Assembly (NCBI GenBank): GCA_031409655.1
Contig: JANNXQ010000144.1
Location: 1-56,039, forward strand
From: Chthoniobacteraceae bacterium
GTDB taxonomy: Bacteria; Verrucomicrobiota; Verrucomicrobiia; Chthoniobacterales; Chthoniobacteraceae
DNA: 56,039 nt
Reading direction: 5' to 3'
Positions 36,998-47,524 of the stretch are shown piece by piece (positions within the stretch are counted from its first letter, which is position 1; each line of letters opens with the position of its first letter). The notes under the pieces were generated by a model. That model saw nothing but the letters and a program-made list of their open reading frames with translations, searched no databases and was not told where the DNA came from. A program made the translations under genes and the position numbers.

Positions 36998-39768
36998 GCG
37001 ACAGCATGAGCGCTGAACGCATCCAGACCTCGTTGCGATTCATCGGTGACTGGCCAGCCTGGGCTGGGCTTGGGCTGGCGTTTGCGCTCGGCGCGGTGGC
37101 GTGGGTTTTCTATTTCCGCGAGACGGCGCGGCAGACGGGCTGGCTGCGCTTTTTGCTGCCGACGCTGCGGGCGCTCGCGATCATCTTGATGGTCCTGATG
37201 CTCGCGGGTCCGGTGCTGCATCACCGCAAAATCATCGGGCAGCTTTCGCGGCTTTTCCTCTTCGTCGATGGCTCGGCGAGCATGGGGCTCACCGACAAAA
37301 CCATGGACGCGGGGCGCAAGCTTTCCATCCTCCAGCGGCTCGGCCTGCTGCGCGAAGATGCGGTGCAGAGTGATCTGCCAAAGGCCGGGCAGGCGCTCGC
37401 GGATGCGCAGTCGCTCGCCGAGCGCGGGAAACTTTCGCAAGGCGCGACCGCGGAAGAGTGGCGGAAACTCGTGGGCGAGTTTGCGGCGAAGGTGGAAGGG
37501 GCGCGGGAGTTCCTCGCGACGTCCGGAATCGAGCCAGGCCGCGTCGATGGTTTTGCCCGCGAACTCGCGAAGCCCGCGGCCGAACTCGCCAAACGCGAGA
37601 CCAGGCAGATCGACGATCGCAACCGCGCCATCGTCGATCTGACGCGCCTCGGCGAACTCACTGCCCGCTGGGCGAAGGAGGTGGAGGACACCTTCCAGCG
37701 CAAAGTGAACGAACTCGCCGCGACCGAAGGCTCCCCGCTGAAAGCAGCCCTCGAAAGATTCGATGCAATGCCCCGCTGGCAAAGGCTGCAAGCCATGTTG
37801 CTGGAAGGTGAGCCGAACAAAATGCTCGCGCGGCTGGGCGAAAATTTCGACGTGCGACTGCTGGCGCTGGACGGCTCCGAGGCGAAGAAAATCTGGCAGC
37901 CGACGCGCAAGGATTCGTCGCTGCCCACGCAATTGCCCAAGCCGGCCGCGGGTCTCACCAATCTCTCGACGGGACTCAAGGCCGGCGTCGGTGAACAGGA
38001 AAAGGAAGAGCGCGGGGCCGTCGTGCTTTTCTCCGATGGCCAGCACAATGAAGGCGAATCGCCAGCGGAACTCGCGCGCGTTTTCGCGGCGCGCGGCATG
38101 CCTGTGTTCACCGTGGGATTTGGCAGCCAGGTGCGTCCGCGCGATCTGGCAGTGCTAAAAGTGGAAGGGCCGGAGGCGGTGTTCTTTGAAGATCGCGTGC
38201 GCGGCTGGATCACGCTGAAGGACGACATGCCCGCCGGCCTGCCTTTCAAGCTCACCGTGAGCGACGGCGGCAAGGTGCTCTGGGAGCACGCGCTCGTCAC
38301 CGAAGGGCGGAACGTGCGCAAGGTCGCTTACGATTTCCCCATCGGCGAGCATGTGAAGGAGCGGATGAAGGCGCGCAGCGGTGACGTGCAGACGTCCAGT
38401 CTGCCGCTGGATTTCCAGGTGGCCGTGTCGTCGCTCGAAGGCGACAGCGAACCGGGAAATAACGTGGGTTCGATGCGCGAGCGGGCGGTGACGCAGAAGC
38501 GCCGCATCCTGCTGCTCGATGGCCGCCCGCGCTGGGAGACGCGTTACCTGCGGAATCTCTTTGAGCGCGACGAACAGTGGGAGGTGAACAGCGTGACGGT
38601 CGGGACGCTGCGCGGTGAAGCGGGCCTGGCGCGCGGGTCGAAGGCGGAGCAATTCCCGATCGAGAACGGGCAGCTTCAGGGCTACGACCTCATCGTCTTC
38701 GGCGAAGTGCCGCGCAGCGTTTTCAAAGGTGACGAGCTCGCGTGGCTTCGGGAATTTGTCGAGAAGCGCGGTGGCGCGATGATCTTCATCGATGGCTCGC
38801 GCGGGCGTTTGAAAGAGTACGCGGACTCGCCGATCGGCCCGCTTTTTCCCGTGGAGTGGAAAGGTGCCAGCGTGCGCGACGGGCTCGCGCGAGTCGCGCT
38901 CACGGATCGCAGTGCCGATCTCGCGGCCTTCGCGCTTGCGCCGGATCGCGCGCAAAATACCGAGGTCTGGGCCGGGCTTCCCGCGCCGCATTGGGTCTCG
39001 GGCGCCACGCCGCTCACGGGCGCGGAGACGCTGCTCGAGATCGAGGCCGCGGGACAGAAATTCGCGGGCGTCGTCCTGCGTCCCTTCGGTTCGGGGAAGG
39101 TGCTCTATCAGGCCTTCGATGAATCGTGGCGCTGGCGCTATGAGGTCGCGGATCAACATCACGTCCGGTACTGGAATCAGGTGGCGAACTGGATCGCCGA
39201 GCTGCCCTTTGCGGTGCGCGATAAGTTCGTGTCGCTCGACGCAGGGGCGATCACTTATCGCCCAGGGGAAAGTGCCGACGTGCGCGTGCGTCTGCGCGAT
39301 GGCGAGGGCCGGCCGGTCACGAACGCGACCGTCGATGCCGTGCTCTACCGCGACGGCCAGCGCGCCGCAGCGATCCGCTTGCAGAACGATGACAACGCCG
39401 GTGGACTTTTCCGCGGACGGACCGCGCCGTTGGAGCCGGGCAGCTATGAAGTGGGGATCGAGTCCGTGGGCATCCCGGCGAACGAACTCAAGGCACGCAC
39501 CAGTTTCAAAGTCGAGCCGCGCGAGACCGGCGAGCTCGCGCAACTCAGCCTCAACGAAGACCTGCTCCGCCAAATGGCCACGCTGAGTGGCGGCGAATAT
39601 CTGCGGGAGGAACAGATCTCGCGGCTCGCCGATCTCCTCGCGCCGATGAGCCAGGGCAAGGTGGTCGAGACCGATACGGTCCTCTGGCAAAGCTACTGGT
39701 GGTTCATTCCGGTGATCGTGCTGCTCACCGTCGAGTGGATCATCCGCAAGCGGACGGGAATGCTGTAG
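36994..39768 (+). CDS. vWA + glutamine-amidotransferase-like domain membrane protein
   Basis: VDGSASM; FSDGQHN; GRPRWETRYLRN; DESWRWR; LLTVEWIIRK. Confidence 0.85.
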   Translation: MSDSMSAERIQTSLRFIGDWPAWAGLGLAFALGAVAWVFYFRETARQTGWLRFLLPTLRALAIILMVLMLAGPVLHHRKIIGQLSRLFLFVDGSASMGLTDKTMDAGRKLSILQRLGLLREDAVQSDLPKAGQALADAQSLAERGKLSQGATAEEWRKLVGEFAAKVEGAREFLATSGIEPGRVDGFARELAKPAAELAKRETRQIDDRNRAIVDLTRLGELTARWAKEVEDTFQRKVNELAATEGSPLKAALERFDAMPRWQRLQAMLLEGEPNKMLARLGENFDVRLLALDGSEAKKIWQPTRKDSSLPTQLPKPAAGLTNLSTGLKAGVGEQEKEERGAVVLFSDGQHNEGESPAELARVFAARGMPVFTVGFGSQVRPRDLAVLKVEGPEAVFFEDRVRGWITLKDDMPAGLPFKLTVSDGGKVLWEHALVTEGRNVRKVAYDFPIGEHVKERMKARSGDVQTSSLPLDFQVAVSSLEGDSEPGNNVGSMRERAVTQKRRILLLDGRPRWETRYLRNLFERDEQWEVNSVTVGTLRGEAGLARGSKAEQFPIENGQLQGYDLIVFGEVPRSVFKGDELAWLREFVEKRGGAMIFIDGSRGRLKEYADSPIGPLFPVEWKGASVRDGLARVALTDRSADLAAFALAPDRAQNTEVWAGLPAPHWVSGATPLTGAETLLEIEAAGQKFAGVVLRPFGSGKVLYQAFDESWRWRYEVADQHHVRYWNQVANWIAELPFAVRDKFVSLDAGAITYRPGESADVRVRLRDGEGRPVTNATVDAVLYRDGQRAAAIRLQNDDNAGGLFRGRTAPLEPGSYEVGIESVGIPANELKARTSFKVEPRETGELAQLSLNEDLLRQMATLSGGEYLREEQISRLADLLAPMSQGKVVETDTVLWQSYWWFIPVIVLLTVEWIIRKRTGML

Positions 39769-39800
39769 CGCGGAGCGCACGATTGTTCGGTTGCGCGGAG

Positions 39801-39931
39801 CCCTGGGAGCGCCGCCGTCCCGTGCGGCAAACGTTCATCACCGCGCGTAGCGCCATGCCCACAACGTTGAGGATATTTGGCGCTGCGCGCGATGACTACG
39901 TTTGCCGCACGGGACGGCGGCGCTCCCAGGG
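39801..39931. repeat. REPIN-like long palindrome between convergent genes (possible bidirectional terminator)
   Basis: Perfect 34-bp arms CCCTGGGAGCGCCGCCGTCCCGTGCGGCAAACGT (39801-39834 / 39898-39931) plus inner pairing. Confidence 0.9.
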
Positions 39932-39936
39932 AGCCG

Positions 39937-41031
39937 TCAGCGCGAGCTGGCGACCTTTTCGATGAAAGTCACCACTTCCTCCGAGACGTCGCGCCAGGCG
40001 CGGTCCTTCACGGACTGCTGAGCGGCCGAACCCAGAGTGGCGATGAGCGCAGGGTTCTGGAGGCACTCCTCGATTTGCGCGGCCAGCGCGACCGCATCAC
40101 CGGGCGGGTGCAGGAGTCCATTGGCGCGATGGCGGATGAGATCGCGCTGGCCGCAGGTCGCGGACGCGAGGCAGCAACGGCCACCGGCCATCGCCTGGAG
40201 CAGAGTGAGCGGCTGGCCTTCAAAGTAACTCGGCAAAATATAGATCCCGCAGCGCGCGATGATGCCGGCTTCCTCGCGTGGATCGAACTTCTGGATGATC
40301 TCCGTGCATGCGTGCAATTCACGGGGCCACATTTCCAGCACCGTGGCCGGCTCCTCTCCGACACCGCCCAAAACCCAGCGCACCGTGAGGCCCCGCTCCT
40401 GCACCAGCTTTGCCGCCGCGGCGAGCACGTCCACGCCTTTCCGCTTCAGCCATGTGCCGAGGAAAAGAAGCGTGATGGGACCTTGCACGCTGGCCGCGGT
40501 CGCGGGGTTCACGCCATTTCGAAAGACCAGCATTCGACTCCGCGGCACGCCGTAGCGGGCCTGCGCGTAGGCCGCGTCTTCCTCATTGATCAGCAGCAGT
40601 GCCGCCGCTCGCCGCAGGCCCGACTCCGCCGACCACGCGCGCATTTTCCACAGCGGCGCGGTGGTCAGCTTGCGCAGACCGGAGGTGGCGGCGCCGGCTT
40701 CTGCATGGTGCGCGAGCAGCCGCTGGCCGCGCGCTTCGAGCCCGTGGCTGAAGACGATCGCCGGACGCTGCTCGCGGATGAAAACGCCGCCGACGGGTTC
40801 GTGCAGGAGGAGCAGCGGATCGCGAACGCCGAGCCGGTGAAAGTGCCGCAACGCGAGCAGCGGAAAAAGACTCCGCGCATAATTTCCACCCAACTCCGCC
40901 GGCCCGATGTGGACGAACTCGTACCCACGTTTCACCAAAGCGGCGCGCCAATGCACCGCCACGCGCCCCATGCCGGTGCGCTCCGAGAGTTCCGTCTCGG
41001 CGACGTGAACCACGACGCGCTTAATGCTCAT
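39937..41031 (-). CDS. Glycosyltransferase family 4
   Basis: NGV; LLFLGTWLKRKG; ILPSYFEGQPLTLLQAMAGG; NGLL. Confidence 0.88.
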   Translation of the reverse strand: MSIKRVVVHVAETELSERTGMGRVAVHWRAALVKRGYEFVHIGPAELGGNYARSLFPLLALRHFHRLGVRDPLLLLHEPVGGVFIREQRPAIVFSHGLEARGQRLLAHHAEAGAATSGLRKLTTAPLWKMRAWSAESGLRRAAALLLINEEDAAYAQARYGVPRSRMLVFRNGVNPATAASVQGPITLLFLGTWLKRKGVDVLAAAAKLVQERGLTVRWVLGGVGEEPATVLEMWPRELHACTEIIQKFDPREEAGIIARCGIYILPSYFEGQPLTLLQAMAGGRCCLASATCGQRDLIRHRANGLLHPPGDAVALAAQIEECLQNPALIATLGSAAQQSVKDRAWRDVSEEVVTFIEKVASSR

Positions 41032-41192
41032 GCTGTGGGGAAGGCATCGCGCTGGTATGGAGCGCGGCCGGCGGGCTGGCAAAACGAATTGGCCGCCGAA
41101 CGCTGCGATTGCGGTTCCAAGGAGGGGGCTGGCCGGGCTAATTTCGACCGGTCGTCAGGGTTCATTCGCTGGACGCTACGCCACTCGACCCC

Positions 41193-44100
41193 ATGCCCAC
41201 CCAACTCGATCCCAAAATCGCCGCCAAGCTCGCGGCCTTTGCCCAGCGCCGCCGGCGGCTCATCATCATCCGCGGCATCGCGAGCGGTCTGGCGATGCTC
41301 ATCGCAACGATGCTGCTCGTGGCGCTACTGGACTGGCTCTTTGTGCTGCCGGATGGCATTCGCTGGGCGCTGAGCGGGGCGGCGTATCTCGCGGTGATCG
41401 TCACGGAATGGCGCTCGTGTCTGCGCTTGCTCGCGCATGCGCCGAGGCCGCAGCGGTTGGCGCGGCTCGTCGAACACGCGGAACCAAAGCTGCGCGAAGA
41501 TTTGCTCTCGGCGGTGGAACTCGGCGGGGCAGGGGAGCGCGAGGTGCTGGATTCGCCGCAATTCCGCGCGCTCGTGCAATCCGATGTCGCGCAGCGGATG
41601 GAAGGCTTGGACATGCAGCAGCTCCTGCCGGTGAAGCTGCTGCGCACCTATCTGATGATCGCGGGGGCGATCGTCCTCGCGCTCATCGTCGGCCTCATCG
41701 CCACGGGCGCACAGCTCGGCACGCTGCTCATGCGGGCGATGCTGCCGATGGCGAATTTCGCCCGCGTCTCCGCCGTGAAAGTGGAGATCGTCGCGCCGAA
41801 TCCCGCGGACCGCGTGGTGGCGCAAGGGGACACCGAGCCGCTGATCATCCGGCTGTCGGGACGGCGCGCGAGCAAAGCCTTCCTCGAAACTTTCACCGCG
41901 AGCGGCGGGCGGGAACTCATCCAGATGACGCCCGCGGGCGATGACCGTTTCACCTCCACGATCCAGGTCGCGCGCGAAGACGTGCAGTATCGGGTGCGGG
42001 CCGGCGATGCGCTGACGAAGAAATATCAGCTCAGCTCCCGGGCGCGCCCCGCGGTCGTGCAGTTTGACAAAAGCTACACCTTTCCCGCCTACACGAAGGC
42101 TGCGGCGAAGCGCGTGGTGGAAGATCACGGCGATCTCGCGGCGCTCGAAGGCAGCACGGTCGAGCTGCGACTTTCGGTGAATCAAAAAATCAAAACCGCC
42201 GAGCTGCGCATCGAGGAAGGGAAGAAGAATAACTTTACCGTCCCGCTGACCACGGATGGCGAGCAGCTCGTGGCGAAGGTGCCGCTGAAGGCGTCGGGTG
42301 TGTATCGCGTGCATCTGGTCGGCGCGGAGTCGGGTTTCGAGAATAAGTTCAGCCCCGAGTATGAACTGCGCGCCGAGCCGGATCTCGTGCCGGAGATGGT
42401 CCTCGAGCTGCCGAAGCAGGATCTGATTTTGCCGGCAAATGAGATCGTGGAAGTGCGCGGCGCGGCGACGGACGATCAGGGTCTCGCGAAAATCGTGCAA
42501 CTCGTGAAAGTGAATGATGGCGGTTGGCAGGAGACGGTGCTCGCCACGGAATCAGGGGCGCAAACGAGAGTGGAGCGGCCCTGGGATTTATTCGAGCTGG
42601 GGGCGAAGCCGGGCGATCTGCTCACGCTGAAGCTGGTCGCGTTTGACATGAAAGGAAGCCGCGCGGAATCGCGGCCGGTGCAGGTCACGATCACGGCGTC
42701 GGGCTTTGAGACGAAGCGGCTGCTCACGCTCGAAGCGGAGCGGGAGCTGCATCGGCTGCTGCGCGAGCTGCGCACGGCGGGCGATGTTTTTGAAAAGGCG
42801 GCGGTTGATGCGCGCGAGCAATTCGAGCGGCTGCCCGATGGCGATGCGGGGCGGAGACAGGTGATCGTTGGCGCCACCGGGAAGGTCGAAGAATTTCAGG
42901 AGAAAGCGGCGGCAGTCTGGCAGCAGTTGATGACGACGCTCAAGGGCGCGTCCGCCGGTCACGAAGGCGCGGAGCTGGTGTTGCTCAGTCGTCAGCTCAC
43001 GAAGATGCAGACGGGTCACTTGCAGTTTGCCCACGCCGCACTCGATGTGCTCGGCGCCGATCCCGCATCGCCAACGGCGCGCGACCAGATGCGGGAGGTC
43101 ATTGAGAACTGCGTGCGCTCCTCCCAGCGCGTGCGGGTCGCGGAGGAATGCTACCGGAAAATTCTCTCCTGCAATGAAGTGGATGTGCTCGCGGAGAATC
43201 TGCAAGTGGTGAGCAAGGAGCAGGAACGTCTCACCGAACTCGCGGCCGGCAGCGGCGACGATGCACGCAAGTGGGCGCTGCTCGCGGATCGGATGCGGGT
43301 CGTGCTTTCCGAGACGAAGAGCCTGGAGGAAATCATGCTCCCGCTCGCGCAGCGCACCGAGCACGGCGACCTCCGCAACCGTTTGCCGAAGATTCAAAAG
43401 AAGCTGCAGGAGCAGCGTGCGAACGTCATCCGCGTCCTGAGCGAACGCGGACCCGGTCGCGATCTGCTCGAACCCACGCGTGAACTTTCCCGCGCACTCG
43501 TGGACGGAAGCCGCCAGCTCATGGAGAGCCGGCGCAGTCTCGCGAAGCTCGCGGCGGATGGCGTCCGCACGATGCTCACCGACACGGGGCCGACCTATGA
43601 ACTGCTGGAGATTTTGAGAGGGGAAGCCGAGCACCTCGTGCGCAACGGACGCCATCCGGCACCGGTCCTTGCGAGTTTGCTGGACGCGCGCTGGGAGTCA
43701 AAGGCGAGCTGGCTGAGGGCCGTCGGCGATGCGGAAGAAGCGCGGGTGAGTTCGGATACTTACTTTGTGAACGACGTGCGCCAGACGACGCTCGCGCTGG
43801 AGGCGCTGCGCCTGGTCGTGAACGAAAAGGGCGTGGAGAAATGGGGGCCGCAGCTTCTCGCCTTTGACCGGAGTTTCCGGGTGCTGGAGAGCGGGCACAA
43901 TCTTTCCGAAGTGCTCGACGGCTTGCTCGTGCTCTCGGACGCCGAGCGCTGGGAGCTCGTGGCGGCGCGGGCTCGCACCACGAATCCGCGGAATTGGGAA
44001 TGGCTCGAGGCGCGCTTGAAGGCGATCCCGGAGGAGCTGAACCGCGCGCGTTTCGAGGGCGAGATGCGCAAGGTGATGGAGGGCGTGCGGAAAATCGTCG

Positions 44101-46187
44101 CGGATGTGGACCGGTTGCCGGCGTACAAAACGATCGATCGCGAACTGCGCGACCGCGACCGGCTCGATCGCCTGCCGGTGCGCACTTCCGCCGAGGTGGA
44201 TCAAGTAGCCGCAGCGGTGAAGGCGGCGCTCGATCTTCTGCGGATGCCGATGGAACAGGCGCGGCAGGACATTGCCGCGATGATGCCGAAGCTGCACGAG
44301 ATGATGCAGCAGCTCGCGAAACGCACCGAAGAACTCAAACAGGAAACGCAGGAACAAGCCGCAAAGACCGAGACGAAGAAGCCGGAAGAAGCGCAGGCCG
44401 ACGCGAAGCAGCAGCTCACGAAGCAGGAAAAGCTAAATGAAAAGATCGAGGGACTGAAGGACGCCATCCGTGCCGAGGCGAACAAGCAGGACGTGATGCA
44501 GGCCGCTGGCCGCGACCTCGCGCGCGACGCCGATGACGCCCTGGCGATGCTCAAAGAGCCGCCGAAAAAGGCTGCGGAATCTTTGGCCGAAGCTACGCAG
44601 AGTGCAGCTCCGCAGGTCCAGAAACAGGCACTCACCGACGCCGCGACGCAGCAGCAGAAACTGACCGAGGCGCTGCAACAACTCGCGCAACATTACCAAA
44701 ACATGGAGCAGGGGAAGGCAGAGGAAAGTCGTATGGCGCTGCGTGCAACGGAGCAGGAAAACGGCGTCAAACAGGAACTCGACGAGCAATACAAGAAGGC
44801 CGCCGAGCTTGCCGAGATGTCGAAGAAGACGCCGCAGGAAATGCTGGCGCAACTTGAGAAGGCCTTGCCGAAAAATCCTTTGATGCGGCAGGAACTCAGC
44901 GCCATTTCCAAAAACACCCTGACCGAAGCGCAGCAGCAACTCGCGCAAGCCAGTAAGCAGGAAACTTCCGTCGCGCAGGAGGTCCAGAAGATGGCTGGCG
45001 AGCAGGCCCAGCAAGCTGCTGCTGCTGCCTTGCAAGCCGCGCAGACTCCATCGCCCGCGCCGGCCGCCGAGTCTTCGCCAGCCACGCCGGCCAATCCACA
45101 ACTCGCGCAGGCGGCGAAGAAGCAGCCGCTGATTGCCGATTCCGCGATGCAGGCCGGTGGCCAGGTGGAGCGTGCGGGTCGGCATGAGGAACGTTTGCTG
45201 AATCCCGCCGCCGGTCAGCAGCTTCAGGAACTCGGCAAGCAGATCGCCGAGACTGGAGAGAAGGCAGTGCCTCAAGCGCAGCAGGCCCTCGAAAAGGCGC
45301 AGATGGCCGAGCAGGCGCAGGCCGCGGTCGCCGCCGCGGATGCGGAACTTAAGAGCGAACTCGGAAAGCTCGGTGCGGCCGCAAACCAAAGCCTCCCTTC
45401 CCCCAGCGCTCCCAAGCCGCCCACCTCGCAGTCGCCAACTCCTGAACCTTCAACGCCCGCGCCGCTGCATCCGAACGCGCAACCTTCTCCACCCAGTGGC
45501 CAGCCCGCCGCACCGCAGATGGCGCAGGGCCCGGCCGCCCCCACCGCGGCGATGCCGCCCGGCCAGCCAGCCACGGTGCCGACTTCCCCCGAAACGCTGC
45601 TCGATCAAATCACCAATCTCACCGCAGCGACGCCGACGCCGGCGGAGCAGTTGTGGATGGCGCGGACGCTCGATGCGCTCGATCAGGCCTTGAATAACTC
45701 CGGATCAAAAACTGGCGAGAACTCGCCGCCCGGCAAAGAAGGTCAGCCCGAGCAGCCGGGTAAGGAAGGCCAGCAATCAGACAAGCCCCAGGCTCCGCAG
45801 CCCGGCCAACAGGCGGGCCAGCCACCCGCCGGGCAGCAGCAACCGGCGATGTCGCCCGCGCAGAAGGCGCTGGCCTCCGCCGCGCAAGCCGCCGCCGCGG
45901 CGATGCGGGCGTCGCGCAGTGAATCGCAGTCCGAAAAAGAAGGCGGCGACGTTGCGCAAAGCGAGATGCAAGCCGCGTCGAAAGGCGGCGCAAAAGTCGA
46001 TGGCGGGAAAAATCCCTACGGCGCCATGCCGGACGCAAAGGGTCTGAAGAATGGCGAGTGGGGTAAGCTCCCAAAACAGATGGCCGAGCAAATGACCCAA
46101 GGTCAGCGCGAAGCGGTGGCCGGCGAGTACCGCAGCCAGGTGGAAACTTACTACCGGGTAATCGCCGAACGGGCGAAGGCGCCATGA
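41193..46187 (+). CDS. Large membrane-anchored coiled-coil protein (DUF4175-like)
   Basis: N-terminal TMs, LLSAVEL, long Q/E/A-rich helices, Pro/Gln-rich tail, WGKLP..EYRSQVETYYR. Confidence 0.8.
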   Translation: MPTQLDPKIAAKLAAFAQRRRRLIIIRGIASGLAMLIATMLLVALLDWLFVLPDGIRWALSGAAYLAVIVTEWRSCLRLLAHAPRPQRLARLVEHAEPKLREDLLSAVELGGAGEREVLDSPQFRALVQSDVAQRMEGLDMQQLLPVKLLRTYLMIAGAIVLALIVGLIATGAQLGTLLMRAMLPMANFARVSAVKVEIVAPNPADRVVAQGDTEPLIIRLSGRRASKAFLETFTASGGRELIQMTPAGDDRFTSTIQVAREDVQYRVRAGDALTKKYQLSSRARPAVVQFDKSYTFPAYTKAAAKRVVEDHGDLAALEGSTVELRLSVNQKIKTAELRIEEGKKNNFTVPLTTDGEQLVAKVPLKASGVYRVHLVGAESGFENKFSPEYELRAEPDLVPEMVLELPKQDLILPANEIVEVRGAATDDQGLAKIVQLVKVNDGGWQETVLATESGAQTRVERPWDLFELGAKPGDLLTLKLVAFDMKGSRAESRPVQVTITASGFETKRLLTLEAERELHRLLRELRTAGDVFEKAAVDAREQFERLPDGDAGRRQVIVGATGKVEEFQEKAAAVWQQLMTTLKGASAGHEGAELVLLSRQLTKMQTGHLQFAHAALDVLGADPASPTARDQMREVIENCVRSSQRVRVAEECYRKILSCNEVDVLAENLQVVSKEQERLTELAAGSGDDARKWALLADRMRVVLSETKSLEEIMLPLAQRTEHGDLRNRLPKIQKKLQEQRANVIRVLSERGPGRDLLEPTRELSRALVDGSRQLMESRRSLAKLAADGVRTMLTDTGPTYELLEILRGEAEHLVRNGRHPAPVLASLLDARWESKASWLRAVGDAEEARVSSDTYFVNDVRQTTLALEALRLVVNEKGVEKWGPQLLAFDRSFRVLESGHNLSEVLDGLLVLSDAERWELVAARARTTNPRNWEWLEARLKAIPEELNRARFEGEMRKVMEGVRKIVADVDRLPAYKTIDRELRDRDRLDRLPVRTSAEVDQVAAAVKAALDLLRMPMEQARQDIAAMMPKLHEMMQQLAKRTEELKQETQEQAAKTETKKPEEAQADAKQQLTKQEKLNEKIEGLKDAIRAEANKQDVMQAAGRDLARDADDALAMLKEPPKKAAESLAEATQSAAPQVQKQALTDAATQQQKLTEALQQLAQHYQNMEQGKAEESRMALRATEQENGVKQELDEQYKKAAELAEMSKKTPQEMLAQLEKALPKNPLMRQELSAISKNTLTEAQQQLAQASKQETSVAQEVQKMAGEQAQQAAAAALQAAQTPSPAPAAESSPATPANPQLAQAAKKQPLIADSAMQAGGQVERAGRHEERLLNPAAGQQLQELGKQIAETGEKAVPQAQQALEKAQMAEQAQAAVAAADAELKSELGKLGAAANQSLPSPSAPKPPTSQSPTPEPSTPAPLHPNAQPSPPSGQPAAPQMAQGPAAPTAAMPPGQPATVPTSPETLLDQITNLTAATPTPAEQLWMARTLDALDQALNNSGSKTGENSPPGKEGQPEQPGKEGQQSDKPQAPQPGQQAGQPPAGQQQPAMSPAQKALASAAQAAAAAMRASRSESQSEKEGGDVAQSEMQAASKGGAKVDGGKNPYGAMPDAKGLKNGEWGKLPKQMAEQMTQGQREAVAGEYRSQVETYYRVIAERAKAP

Positions 46188-47473
46188 GCCGCTCGCTGCA
46201 CGCACGGCTTGCGAAACTCCGGGGAGCGTGCCCGTCCCGGGCGCTGGTCGCGGCGTCCCGCTGCGACGAACTTTCGCCAACTTGCATGGGAGACAAACGA
46301 TTCTCGCCCGCAGCCCGGTCTGGCTTGTCTGCTCTGCGCGGAGCTCTTGTTCGGATGTCGCAACTCATCGGGAGTTCGTCGCGGCGGGACGCCGCGACCC
46401 ACACGCGAGACGCGTATGCTCCCCGGAGTCGCTGCCTTGTCGCTCTCGTGAGTCTGGTTGCGCTCTCTACTTCGAGCTTCGCCGTCGATCCGGTGGATGA
46501 AGCGCTCGCTCGCGGGGTGAAGTACTTACTTACCCAGCAGGAGGACAGTGGCATCATTACTAACAAAGGCCGGCGGAATGAGACGGCGATGACTTCGCTC
46601 GCGCTCCTCGCCCTGGCGTCCTGCGGCCACCAACCCGTGGACCCGACACCGGAAGGCGTGGCGATGAAGAAGGCGCTGGCTTATGTGCTCCAGCCCGATG
46701 TGCAGCAACCCGATGGTTACTTTGGCGAGAAGGATAACTCACGAATGTACGGTCACGGCATCACGACGCTGATGCTCGCAGAGATGCTCGGGATGGGTGC
46801 GGATGCCAGGCAGGACGAACTCCTCCGCGACCGCGTGCGCAAGGCAATCGACCTCATCCTGCGCGCGCAGAAGGTGCCGAAGAACGAAAAGGCACGCGGT
46901 GGATGGCGTTATCTCCCGAGCGATACTTCCTCCGATATGTCTGTAACCGTCTGGCAGGTGATGGCCCTGCGTGCCGCGCGCAATGCTGGCCTGGATGTGC
47001 CGAAGGAAGCGATCGAGGGAGCCGTGGATTACATCAAGAGCCTCTACGAGCCAGAGGCCAGTCCCGACAAACGTGGACGCGGCAAACCCGGGGGCTTTGG
47101 TTACCAATCGAAAGGCCGCGAAATCTCCACCACCTCCGAAGGACTGCTCGCGCTGCAAATCTGCGGCGAATACGAGGCGGAGGAAGCGCTCGGCGCCAGT
47201 GAACGCCTGTTTCGTGACGGGATCCGCACGGATGAGCGGTGGTTCTTTTACACCACTTACTACTACGCGCAGGGCATGTATCAGCGGGGCGGTAAGTATG
47301 CGGAAGCCGGCAAGGCAAAGGTGATGGAAGTGCTCCTGCCCCTGCAATCGCGCGAAGGATTTTGGGAAAATGGCGGCGGCGATGGACGGGAAGCCGGGAA
47401 GGTGTACGCCACGTCGATGGCCATCCTAAGTCTCGCCGTGAAGAATCATTTTCTGCCGATCTATCAGCGTTGA
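46184..47473 (+). CDS. Prenyltransferase/squalene-oxidase repeat (alpha-alpha toroid) protein
   Basis: ARGVKYLLTQQ; MYGHGITTLMLAE; GGWRY..SDMSVTVWQVMALRAA; LPIYQR. Confidence 0.88.
   Translation: MSRSLHARLAKLRGACPSRALVAASRCDELSPTCMGDKRFSPAARSGLSALRGALVRMSQLIGSSSRRDAATHTRDAYAPRSRCLVALVSLVALSTSSFAVDPVDEALARGVKYLLTQQEDSGIITNKGRRNETAMTSLALLALASCGHQPVDPTPEGVAMKKALAYVLQPDVQQPDGYFGEKDNSRMYGHGITTLMLAEMLGMGADARQDELLRDRVRKAIDLILRAQKVPKNEKARGGWRYLPSDTSSDMSVTVWQVMALRAARNAGLDVPKEAIEGAVDYIKSLYEPEASPDKRGRGKPGGFGYQSKGREISTTSEGLLALQICGEYEAEEALGASERLFRDGIRTDERWFFYTTYYYAQGMYQRGGKYAEAGKAKVMEVLLPLQSREGFWENGGGDGREAGKVYATSMAILSLAVKNHFLPIYQR
46216..46429. repeat. REPIN-like palindrome (57-bp imperfect arms) within the N-terminal coding region
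   Basis: ACTCCGGGGAGC..GGTCGCGGCGTCCCGCTGCGACGAACT (46216-46272) vs 46373-46429. Confidence 0.85.
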
Positions 47474-47524
47474 GTGTGGTCCTTCGCGTCCGCGCCCGCC
47501 GGTCGCCGACTAAGTTCACTCCCC

